NCBI GenBank assembly: GCA_964016885.1 | Contig: OZ024740.1 | Location: 101,122,001 to 101,186,000, forward strand | DNA: 64,000 nt | Source of the DNA: Eledone cirrhosa | Taxonomy: Eukaryota | Reading direction: 5' to 3' | Part shown: positions 1 to 10,883 of the stretch, piece after piece | Position numbering within the stretch: the first letter of the stretch is position 1 | Layout of the letters: each line of letters starts with the position of its first letter | Made by a program: the position numbers and the translations under genes | Notes under the pieces: generated by a model | Databases searched by the model: none | What the model saw: the letters and a program-made list of their open reading frames with translations, nothing else | Told to the model about the DNA's origin: nothing

Positions 1-559
1 TAAAGCATTGTGGGTTTGGTAGGTAGAACCATGATGGATGTGGGGCTTGTGTGGTTGCAACATATATCCTGCTGTTATAGATACTGTTATGCAATTAATT
101 ATAGCCACCTGGACCACAGCCACAGAGATGAAGGGCTAAAATTCTGTGTTAATATATACTGACCAAAACCAGCTAATTGTGATGGTGGAGAAGATCAGAT
201 TACAGTAGATATGTTCTATGGTAGTCAAGAGGGTTATACAAATTTATAATACGTTTTTTTGAAAAGTAATAAAAATTTGTAAAAAGTAATGAAAATTGGG
301 TTGAACGCCCTGTTTAGTAAATGAACAAAAATGAATTATGAAAAATACATTATGTAAAAACTAAATTTTGAAAAAGTATAAATTTTAAAAATTTGTAAAT
401 GAGGGGTAAATATAGATATAAATATAAATATATATTATTCATTGCCAGTGGTTCGTTAAAATAATAGATCTAGTTCACACTTACATGTATGGGTTTGCCT
501 TGTGAAAGAAAAGACAAGCAGTGTGGTTTGGCATTCTATAACAACTAATGTGATGACTC

Positions 560-1470
560 TCCTCATCTCTGCAAGGTCTATAAAATGATATACCAGTACT
601 GAGTATAGTCATATACTGAAGATGGGGAAATTATTTAATTCCAAGCACTGAAGGAATGGAAATAAATTCTAGTGACTTGTGTGTACCTCGGAAAGCCCTT
701 AGATAGTCAGTTGGTGTTGTAACACATACCAGATAATTATCAATAGCAGTGATGCTAATAATCATGATGATAGAATTGTTGGCAATGGGTAAATTTGCAA
801 GTATATAGTTGAAGGTAAAATTGAAGAAATAAAAAATGAAATATAATAAAATTAAGTTAAATTTAAGTTAGAATAAATTTAATTAAAATTAGATTGAATC
901 CTTAGCTAGTGTTAGGTCTTATGAGTCACTTAATATTAGATTCCATATGGAATATAATATGATTATATACTATAAAATAACATATCAAAATATAGAAATG
1001 CTATATTTTGTAGTATGTATGTCCCTGTGTAGTTATTATAATACAAGATAACTATATCGAATGTTAGGCAGGGAGAGAATTTCATGGGGGCGGGATAATT
1101 AAATATACGTATAATTAATGGATAGTAAATAAGTGAAAGAGATAGTGAAATGCAATTAATGAATGATGATAATTAATACCTCTTTGAAGCTATTGGAACA
1201 GGGACACTACTGAAACATGTTGTACTACATATGAGGTATAAGATAACCTATAAGTTAAGGTTTACACAAGCTATATCTGAAATAAAATAAAAAATAAAAA
1301 TGAAAATGTAATTGAATAATATGTAATATAAGATCTGAGATACAATTTTCAATATAAATACTTGAAAAAACAGGTTAGAATGCTTTTTCTACAATTACAT
1401 CATTGTTAACTGAACGGAAATGACCAGTTCTATCAGGTGGTGAAGCACAAAACAAATGACTATATATATA

Positions 1471-1516
<46 letters not shown>

Positions 1517-1900
1517 CCAAGATAAAAAGTTCCCAGTATACTCCGTAAATTGGTTTGCTTTAGGAAAGGCATGTAGTTGTAAAAACTATAAAAAATTGTA
1601 TGCTTCTGAGCAAGACGTAGTCCCGTGACAATCTAGGGAAGGGTATCTCCCATTAAGTACTAATGTGGTCAGTAGAGCTCAGTCCATTATGGAAAATTGA
1701 ACATAAAAGGATAATGATATAAACATCATGGTGGTGGATGGTAATAATGTTTGTTGTGAAGCAATAGTTAGGAAAGAGGGCTTGTTACTCCACATAATTA
1801 TTATTGTAGAACACATCAGACAAATCCGTCTCTTCCCCCCTTATATGATTAATCATATTCTTTTTGGAGTTTTTATTCTAGGTCAGTGTGAGTTACATTT
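560..1900 (-). mobile_element. Highly degraded Penelope-like element relic (tentative)
   Basis: Minus-strand translation gives only fragmentary resemblance to PLE RT/thumb motifs (KP.IY...FLIW near 1520-1560; ISDI...YL near 1200-1290). No long ORF; interrupted by (TG)n. Confidence 0.3.
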
Positions 1901-2086
1901 AACAATGATTATACATATTTTTCTCTCAAGTACATGGGTCTATGTGTGCGTGTGTGTTTGCGTTTGTCTGTATGTATGTTGAAATATATATATATATAGT
2001 AATAATAATAATAAATGAATGCAAAGACTAGAATCCAAAGATCCCATTAAGAGTGAAAGCAGCGATTCTTTGCTTAACATTTAATG

Positions 2087-2160
<74 letters not shown>

Positions 2161-2168
<8 letters not shown>

Positions 2169-3250
2169 GGATCACAGGTAAGCTAACTAAGAACATAGAT
2201 TTTACATGTGGCCGGTGCTCTGGTGCAATAAGTAGCAGCAAGTGCCCACAAAATACTAGCTCTTTCAATTGCGCAGAGGGTTCTATAGAAATAGTGGACA
2301 GTTTCCGTTACCTGGGTGATAAAATCAGCAGTGGGGGAGGGTGCTCTGAAAGTACAGTAGCTAGAGTCAGAACTGGTTGGAAAAAGTTCAGAGAGCTTAT
2401 ACCACTATTAGCTGCTAAAGGGTTCTCCCTAAAAATGAAAGGCAGGTTGTACGATGCCTGCATACGAACAGCAATGTTGCATGGCAGTGAGACCTGGGCA
2501 TTGTGTGCAGAGGATATACGCAGACTAGAGAGGAACGAAGCTTGCATGCTCCGCTGGATGTGTAACAGTAATATACGTGAACGGCAAAGCATAAACGAAC
2601 TAAGGAAAAAATTAGAAATAAGAGGGATCAGATGTTGTTTACTCGAGAGAAGGCTACGTTGGTATGGACACGTGATGCGCATGAAAGTCGATAGCTGTAT
2701 AACAAAGTGCTGGGCAATAAAGATAGACGGTAGCCACGGAATAGGCAGACCTAGAAAAACCTGGGACGAGCTGATAAACTCCGACCTCACACACTTACAC
2801 CTCTCCAAGACAATGTCACTAGACCGAGACCTTTGGCGGTACTCAGTAACAGAGAAGATCCGCCTTACCTAAATACATAGTAAAACCTACTACAGCCAGT
2901 AGGCATCTCTAACAAAATACCCCCCCCCCCCTGTCCCCCCCGTTCTATGTAAAGTTGTGTTGGTGCCACACCATCCAGGCCGAAACAAATGAGATCGTGT
3001 AGGTGTCACGACAAAAAAACACACAGTCCACGCTGTAATGTGGCCGTGTAGGCAACACGGTAAAAACCTCCCAGACCCACACTGTAAATGTGGTTGGTGT
3101 TAGGAAGGGCATCCAACTGTAGAAAACCTGCCAGACAGTCCTATGCGAGCAAGACAATCACTCTTGCCTCAAGTGGGACTACCCCCGTCCAAACCCATGC
3201 AAGCGTGGAACACGGACGTTAAACGTTGATGATGATGATGATGATGATGA

Positions 3251-3254
<4 letters not shown>
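2161..3254 (+). mobile_element. RTE-clade LINE (family A), 5'-truncated 3' fragment
   Basis: ORF 2084..2872 after the (TA)n: FRYLG, LHGSETW, RRLRWYGHV, GRPRKTW (RTE RT C-terminus). 3' UTR ends GGACGTTAAACGTT(GAT)n. Nearly identical to the 10884-12606 copy. Confidence 0.95.
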
Positions 3255-3305
<51 letters not shown>

Positions 3306-3309
3306 ATGT

Positions 3310-3359
3310 CCATTAAGGGCTGAGGATCCGCTAAGGTGAAACAATTGTTCTCGGAATGG
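3310..3359 (+). ncRNA. Type I hammerhead ribozyme motif (PLE-type)
   Basis: ccatt-aa-ggg CTGAGGA tccgctaaggt GAAA caattg TT ctc-gg-aatgg. Both core boxes, palindromic stem III (caattg), stem I with a 2x2 internal loop; stem II is weak. Confidence 0.6.
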
Positions 3360-3400
3360 TGAACTAACTGTTGTGTAACGACTTATATATATATATATAT

Positions 3401-3722
3401 CATCATCATCATCATCATCATCATTTTACGTCCGCTTTTTCTAGCTTGATTCATACAGCTGGATGCCCTTCCTAACACGAACCTTATTTACAGTGAGTGC
3501 TGGGTGCTTTTTTTCAGTGGTGTCTACACGTCCACTTTATAGTGTGGGCTGGGTGCTTTTTTGCCGTGGAACCTCCACGTCCACTTTGCAGGGGAATGAT
3601 AGGGACCCCAGTCCTATCATCTCCAACAACGTGAAATAAAGTGTCTTGCTTAAGGAAACAATACATCACCCAGTCTGAGAATTGAACTCACAACCTTTCG
3701 ATTGTAAGCCCAATGCTGTAAC

Positions 3723-3725
<3 letters not shown>
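3401..3725 (-). mobile_element. tRNA-derived CORE-type SINE with RTE-derived tail
   Basis: Reverse complement matches the SINE at 16837-17182: tRNA-like head with a GTGAGTTCAATTC B-box-like motif, CCTTAAGCAAGACACTTTATTTCAC, and a (GAT)n tail. Confidence 0.85.
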
Positions 3726-3773
<48 letters not shown>

Positions 3774-3839
3774 TTGGAGGTGGTAAAAACCAGTTAGACC
3801 ATTATTCACCATGTTTTGTCCTTCTCCGACACAACTTTT

Positions 3840-3879
3840 GTCCCCTCAGAAAACCCCCTGAAATCCGAAATATAGGGAC
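3840..3879 (+). ncRNA. Degenerate minimal hammerhead motif
   Basis: gtccc CTCAGAA...tcc GAAA ta TA gggac. Perfect 5-bp stem I and GAAA...UA, but the CUGANGA box and stem II are mutated. Confidence 0.35.
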
Positions 3880-4343
3880 TAATAAAGTAACTATTATTAA
3901 TTTTTACACTCTTCCTACGTTCTTTTACGCTCTCTACGTCTCTTTCTACGCTTCCTCTTACAACTCTCGCTCATTACCACCTGATTCTGTTACTCGGAGT
4001 TGAATATGTGTGTGTATGTGTATTTTTCTAAGGCTGCCCTAATAGTCACCAATGAATTCAGAAGACCAGACAAAAATCTATCTACAATAAGTTCACAATA
4101 TGTTTCATGTGAAGATCTGCAAATCTATTGATGGATTAAAAAACAACTACTATATATTAGAATACACGTTTGCATACTGGTGTGTATACATGCTGCTATA
4201 TTTGACGTCACCTGCCAAAAACATGAAGTTTTATGATAGGCTTAAAGGGTCACTTCTGAAACAATTTTTTTAATAGTCGGTGACCGTCTTTTGGATACGA
4301 GTGCACGGCCATCACATATGTAACTATTTAATTCTCTTTTTCT

Positions 4344-4379
<36 letters not shown>

Positions 4380-4436
4380 ATATATATATAAATATTCACA
4401 GTTTAAAATTGCAAACTTGACTGTCACCACAGAATG

Positions 4437-4475
4437 TGAACCTGAAGATTGCGAAAGCATGAAAGTACTTGTTCA
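4437..4475 (+). ncRNA. Minimal type I hammerhead ribozyme motif
   Basis: tgaac CTGAAGA t-tgc-gaaa-gca-t GAAA gtac TT gttca. 5-bp stem I, GNRA-capped stem II, palindromic stem III (gtac). Confidence 0.7.
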
Positions 4476-4582
4476 ATTAACACTTAACATTTAATATTCT
4501 ACCATACTATTTCATTCTAATACCATTATAAATTTTAAAGGATTGTAAATAAAACGAGTAAATCAGACAAAGTTGGAATTCC

Positions 4583-4641
<59 letters not shown>

Positions 4642-4793
4642 CACCCGTTTACGTGTGTTGTATTGAAGCGAATAACTGTGTATACTCTGGGAATGTATTT
4701 TACATTACCTATTGAGTAAGCTGAGATACAACCGGTCCTGGCACTGATAAATATGCTGGGTCCGTCAACTCCTTATTATATATATATATAAAT

Positions 4794-7101
4794 TTGTTCA
4801 GCGAGTTGCCTGATAAAGCAACCCTGAAGTTCATCCAATTTGACATAGATAGTTACTACGCCTCCATACTCTTAAATAAGGCACTCATATTAGCTAAATC
4901 TAACACTAGCCTCACTAAAAAAGAAATAGACATAGTTCTAGCGGCGCGTAGAACCATTATCCAGTTCGAAGGCTCCCACTGGACCAGAACCAACTGTCGT
5001 GATAACTTCGATATCACGATGGGGTCCAGTGACCTGGTCGGAATATACCTCCTCCATAAGCTTAGGGACGAGATACCGGCCCTACAAGGAGGTGTATATA
5101 GGGACGACGCCCTGTTTACCGTTAGGAACCATAGCCCCCGTAGGATAGAGAACCTTAACAAGCATATACACAGGTTCTTCAAGTCATACGGCCTATCCGT
5201 AGCTATAGACCTCAACCACCAGGTTGTCAACTTCCTGGCCGTGACCCTGGAGTTGAGTACGGGCCTATACAAGCCATACCATAAGCCTGGAGAGTGCCTT
5301 TCTTATATTAATTATGCCTCCAACCACCCTAAGCAGACTCTCAACTCCATAGTCTATAGCATCTCACATAGAATCTCGAGGCTCTCCGCCAATGAGGATA
5401 TCTTCAACCAAGCGGCAGATTACTACAATAGGGCCTTGATAAGCGCCGGCTTTAACCGAGGAATTTCCTACATCCCTAACGCTAGCTATAGAACCCCCTC
5501 ATAAGACGAACGTTATAGTAAGCCATACCTATAACCGATCACGCGGCGACTTCGTAGGAGTCGGATATAATAGTATAGATAACCGCACTAAGGAACACGG
5601 CCGCAACGTTAATTACACTGGCGACGGTATAGGAAACTTACCAGGCAATAAAGATCACGACCCCGGTGACAGTGACCACTGTAGCCTACTCGAATTATTC
5701 CCCTACTATAAAATCAACAAAGGCGACGGCCTACTACCAACGCCTTCCAACCAACATCTTCCTGTACATAAACATGGAAGAAGGAAGAAGAGTGCACCCG
5801 AGCATAAAGTGAAAGGGGCACGTAACGGGCTAAAGCGCATTAACATACATAAGAACGGTCACCTTGATGGAACCACCCGTAGCAAACGTACAAGGACACG
5901 TAATCGCCACCGTAACGTCCTATGGTACCCCCCCCCCCCCTACTCTCGGAGTGTGACCTCCAACATACCCCGGATATTCTTCGAAGCCTTAGAGAAGAAC
6001 TTCCCGCCCAACCATAGGTATAGAAAAATCCTTAATAGGAACAATATAAAAATACCCTTCTCTACTACTCCTAACCTAGCAGACATCATAGGAACAACGA
6101 ACCACAGTAAGATCACCAAGACACAGCACCTTAGCACAGACGCACCTTCACCTGACAATAACTATATCGGCCTTAACGACTCCCTAGCAGCATCCAATAG
6201 TGCTGGCAACAGTCTCTACAGACGCAACCAGCATAACCGTGACATGATTAGGGAACATGCAGGACATGACGTGCGGAATAATAATCGTACCACCCCGCGC
6301 ACTGTGGGTTGTGATGGTGCTAACGACAGGTCCGGGAGCGTAGATAACAACGTAGATATCAACAATGATAGCCTTTCCGTGGGAATTAGAAGGAACCGCG
6401 ACAGAAATTGCAACTGCCGCGACAGGGGACGCTGTCCTCTTAGAGGATACTGCTTGACTGATAGGGTTATATATAGGTGCACTGTAACTAGCGCGATCTT
6501 TGCCTCATGGAGCTCTACCACATCATAACTGCACCTCAAAAGCTCATCAACAGCAGAGCTGAAACGACGATAAGCTGTACGCATCGCTTAAAAATATCCT
6601 TCTTCAGATGGGATACGGATGAGGAGTGAAACCGTGCACTGGGTCTCCCTGCAACAAGCTTTAACACCCCGGCGGGAAGGCGCTGCAAAAAAACATCCAG
6701 GAAACTAACCATGCATCCCAGACCCAGCTTCAAACGACCCAGGCGGGCAGGTGCAGTAAAACAAACGTCTCAAAATAAGCGTTGATTACCTGACCCTGTG
6801 CGTATCGACACTGGTAAGGTTGTAACCACATCTTGTAACTGATGAAAAATTTGTCCGGGAAAGACTGCCCTAACACCGTCTAGAGTTACCTCCCTTGACC
6901 TACTGCAAAATCAAAACACGCTTTTTTTGCGAAGAATGAACTATGACGTACACTTAACCCCCAAAACACTTTCCGAGCAATGTAAGGAACACTTTTGGTT
7001 ATTTATGCCCTTGACAAGCCCAACTGGGCGAAACGTACGTAGGTGCTGTTTTAAATAAACATGTATTAACGGTCTATTCCCCGATTTCTTACTTTTCCAC
7101 G
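4794..7101 (+). mobile_element. Penelope-like element, Naiad-type, 5'-truncated and disrupted
   Basis: RT motifs FDIDSYY, ITMGS, YRDD, YKPYHKP...YINYASNHP (ORF 4794..5504); RNVLWY.PPYS...KNFP; CxCx5Cx5C (CNCRDRGRCPLRGYC) followed by VIY; shifted-frame C-terminus DLCLME...LINSRAE...CTHR; hammerhead and AATAAA downstream; flanked by (TA)n. Confidence 0.88.
7007..7046 (+). ncRNA. Minimal type I hammerhead, U3-A8 variant, in the 3' region of the PLE
   Basis: gccc TTGACAA gccc-aact-gggc GAAA cgtacg TA ggtgc. Covaried core UUGANAA, perfect stem II, palindromic stem III, GUA cleavage triplet. Confidence 0.75.
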
Positions 7102-7133
<32 letters not shown>

Positions 7134-7238
7134 TGTATATATAGTATTTTACAATACACTGTATGCTTAATTAAAAGCATTTCGAAGACCTTACGCTATT
7201 GTTTTAGAGTAGTGACAGTCTCACTTACTTTAAATTTT

Positions 7239-7323
7239 CGGCAAACAGGGGAGATAAAGCTGACAGAGCTCTGTTTCGTACTTTTTGGTACTTATCAAAG
7301 CTAAGTACTCCACCTGTTTGCTG
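7239..7323 (-). ncRNA. Type I hammerhead ribozyme (U3-A8), inverted copy
   Basis: Near-exact reverse complement of the 7644-7729 motif with intact core and stems. Confidence 0.85.
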
Positions 7324-7643
7324 AAAATCATGAATGTTTGATTCTTATAGAATTTTAGTAATAATCAGGAACTGTTTGCTAAAAGGTTTTGCTGAAAACT
7401 GTTTGCTGAAAATTTAAAGTAAGTGCGACTATCACTACTCTAAAACAATAGCGTAAGGTCTTCGAAATGCTTTTAATTAAGCATACAGTGTATTGCAAAA
7501 TACACTATATATACATTCATATATATATCACTATTTCAGAGCACCAATTCTAATTTTCAATTTCTGCTTGACCGGCAACCACTCTGTATAATCAGTTCCT
7601 GATTATTACTAGAATTCTATAAGAATCAAACATTCATGATTTT

Positions 7644-7729
7644 CAGCAAACAGGTGGAGTACTTAGCTTTGATAAGTACCAAAAAAGTACGAAACAGAGC
7701 TCTGTCAGCTTTATCTCCCTTGTTTGCCG
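7644..7729 (+). ncRNA. Type I hammerhead ribozyme (U3-A8) with extended stem I
   Basis: gcaaacagg-t-ggag tactt agct TTGATAA gtac-caaaaaa-gtac GAAA cagagctctg TC agct ttat ctcc-cttgtttgc. Predicted GUC cleavage after 7706. Confidence 0.85.
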
Positions 7730-7892
7730 AAAATTTAAAGTAAGTGAAACTGTCACTACTCTAAAACAATAGCGTAAGGTCTTCGAAATGCTTTTAATTA
7801 AGCATACAGTGTATTGGAAAATACACTATATATACATTCATATATATATCGCTATTTCAGAGCACCGATTCTAATTATATATATATATATAT

Positions 7893-7985
<93 letters not shown>

Positions 7986-8489
7986 AAAAAAAACATTAGA
8001 AACAATTATGCAGTCTACGATATTATTTAAAATGTTAAGACGCACCTAGGTTTGTTTTAATATATACATGCACATTTACAGCACACAATGAAAATAAATT
8101 AGCACATACAAAACAAATTTTATATATTTTTTTAATATGTAGGTTTGCAGAAATAATCATGATTATTTAATTAGCTTTTGTATTAAGTGTTTTTACTGCA
8201 TGTAGCTTTATAAAGTTTCATTTTTGTTTGTGCAATGTTGTGTATTTTTAAGAGATATCTTTATGTTGTGCTTACATTTGTGCAGGTGTGGAATATATGT
8301 TACATTTGTTGTTATGTGTCACTTAAGTCCTTTCTAAGACAAGTGACACAACTGTTTATATCCTTCCTCTTGCTTATGTTGTCATGAACAGGGACACAAT
8401 TTGGTTTCAATATGAATGCGACTAAGTGTTGTATGTCACATGATGTACAATGAGTTTAGTTTGGGTTTGTATTTCTCTATAAACTACAT

Positions 8490-10020
8490 TTCTTTATTAA
8501 GACGCTGTTGCTCTGTTGTCAAATCGCTACATTGATAGAATGGAAAAACATCGAAATTTGGCAAGGTTCTTCTATTACAACATCATACATGTTCGCTCAG
8601 CATTGGTGGATTGGCAGTATAGGTGGAGAGTCGGACGCCATGCTTTCTAGCATAGTTACGCCCCTTTACGATCTGAGTTCAAATCCCGCCGAGGTTAACT
8701 TTGCCTTTCATCCTTACGGGGTCGATAAAATAAAGTACCAGTAATGTATTGGGTATTTGCTGGCCTTATGCCAAATGTAGAAACAATTATTTTTCTAAGG
8801 GCGGTGGATTGACAGTATTGGTAGAGGGTCGGACAGTATTGGTAGACGGTCATGCTTTGCATCATAGAGTTACACCCCTTTACGGTCTGAGTTCAAATCC
8901 CGCCGAGGTTAACTTTGCCTTTCATCCTTACGGGGTCGATAAAATAACGTACCTTGTGCCAAAAATAGAAGCAATTATTTTTCTAATGTACAGTTAAGAT
9001 GTAGCTCCCTTGTTGAATTGTTACATTGATAGAATTGGAAAGCATCGAATTATGGCCAGGTTTCTCTTTTGTAACATTGTATATGCTGACTCATGGCAAT
9101 GTTCCCCTAACTTGTAGACAGTATACTGTCATCTTTGTTGAAGCATCAGACCTGTTTGACCAATGTAGTGTTCATGGCAACCTATACATGTTTTAATAAA
9201 TATCAAATATATGGGTTAAACGAGAAGTTATTTCCAATTAAACGAGAAGTTATTTTCAATTAAACGAGAAGTTATTTTCAATTTTGAAAACAATTCCGTC
9301 GATTGCATTTTTTAACTTCAGGATATTTAGTTACAGTATGCAGCTTTGCATTCATCAATATAGTTTTTGTTGTATTGCCTGTCGTATACTTCTAATAATA
9401 GAATATTTATGTAAAATGTTCTCCCTCTTTTTGTCTCTTCATATAATCAGTAATTTCGGTGTTCTTTGGATTAAAAGTAAAAATATGTTATAACCCTTTT
9501 TTCATTTTGTTTCACAGAGTTTCTGGATGTTAATTTACTTAGGTTTAGTTAGTTATTATTGATTCTCTTCTAGTCTGTGGTCTCTTGTTATTGGGTTTGA
9601 GACTAAAGTTAAATTGAATGATATGTTGGTCCAGGTGTGTTTTGGATGAGATGATGTAAAAAGGAGGTATTGTATGGAGTGTGTAGATATGAAATATATA
9701 TCAGTTTCTAGTTTTGCGTTTCTTTTTGTTATTAGTATATCTAAGAATGAGATATTTGCGTTATTGAATTCTAATAATTTATTGAATATTAGGGTTTATA
9801 TTACTGCTGAGATTTTCAAATTGTTCAGATTAACAAAATTCTCTCCCACAAAATAAAATAGGAATCTTTTACAGTTTTCTATCGTATAATAACTATTTTC
9901 CTCCCCATAAATTTTTAGAGACTGCTTGTAAATTTTTTATTCTTATCTAGGTTAGCATATTTTGGTGAAAACTAAGATTTCATGGCAGTTGCTTGGTTTT
10001 GTCAGTAGGCTGATACATTG
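8490..10020 (-). mobile_element. Degraded Penelope-like element (RT + GIY-YIG), different family
   Basis: Minus strand, broken frames: QATAM...PN.ANL (~9990-9950); ISFLDILI...ETDIY...QYL..TSSHPKH (~9755-9620); KKCNRRNC (~9300); LIFIKTCIGCHEHYIGQTG (~9205-9150). A ~90-bp 3' segment (9005-9095) is duplicated at 8510-8600. Confidence 0.75.
8605..8978 (+). mobile_element. Two tandem Meta/MESC-type SINEs
   Basis: Two copies of CTGAGTTCAAATCCCGCCGAGGTTAACTTTGCCTTTCATCCTTACGGGGTCGATAAAATAA, each with a CCTT.TGCC..AGAA.CAATTAT tail. Confidence 0.85.
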
Positions 10021-10742
10021 AAATGAATTTATATAAAAGACAATTGGAAGACATTCCTAGACGACCACTTTATTTAGAGTTCTAACAAATGGTTATCAAT
10101 AAAATATGTACCAAACTTCCAGCTTCTAACATAAGTACTGGGTTGATATCATAGGCCAAATCCCTTGAAAATGGTGCCCCAGCAAAGCCAGCATAATGAA
10201 TGAAGTTAGTAAGAAGTAGAAGAATCAAAAATAGTACATATGTGTATCTTTGTGTGTGTGTGTGTGTGTGTGTTTGTACAATTGTAAGTTTGTAGGTGTG
10301 TATACAAATTTGCCATTGTTTGTCAGCCACAAAACAGCAGCAAGCAAACTGTAAGATCGTGTCTTTTGCTCTTGTCATATTTATCAAATTTTGAATAATT
10401 TATTCAACAAAAGAATAAATTAACCAGACTAAACTCCACATCACACAATCATTGTTTACTTTTCTCATAGAATTCTTCATGGAATGAGAGAAAAGCACTT
10501 TTGTGTTTCATCTTATTATACATGGACATTGACAAATCGAAATTCTGTTTTGCTTAGTGTAATGATATATATATATGTATATAGGGGGGAGAGAAAAAAG
10601 AGAGAGATGTAATATCCTGGGATTATATATAACTCTCTCTCTCTCTCTCTCTCTCTACATATATATATATATATTTATTAAAATAACAGATTAAAGTTTA
10701 AGCAAAGAATCGCTGGATTTTAATCTTCAAATTTATTATTAT

Positions 10743-10840
<98 letters not shown>

Positions 10841-10883
10841 ACATACATTTATATATACGTGTACGCACCGGAATGTGTGTCAC

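Larger units (their letters stand above)
7128..7875. repeat. 321-bp hammerhead-containing unit: partial tandem (+) plus inverted copy (-); retrozyme/pLTR-like
   Basis: 7401-7554 repeats at 7722-7875 (period 321). 7128-7374 is the near-exact reverse complement of 7593-7841. Flanked by (TA)n; no ORF. Confidence 0.9.

Noticed and set aside
2030-2090. Short repeat also present inverted at 10680-10740, vaguely hammerhead-like
   Set aside because: The core is too degenerate to call a ribozyme.
2308-2808. Long antisense ORFs over LINEs (also 47939..48514, 59490..60122)
   Set aside because: They are shadows of the sense RT frame with no independent motifs.
6839-6880. CTGATGA...GAAA inside the PLE 3' region
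   Set aside because: No stem II or stem I pairing.
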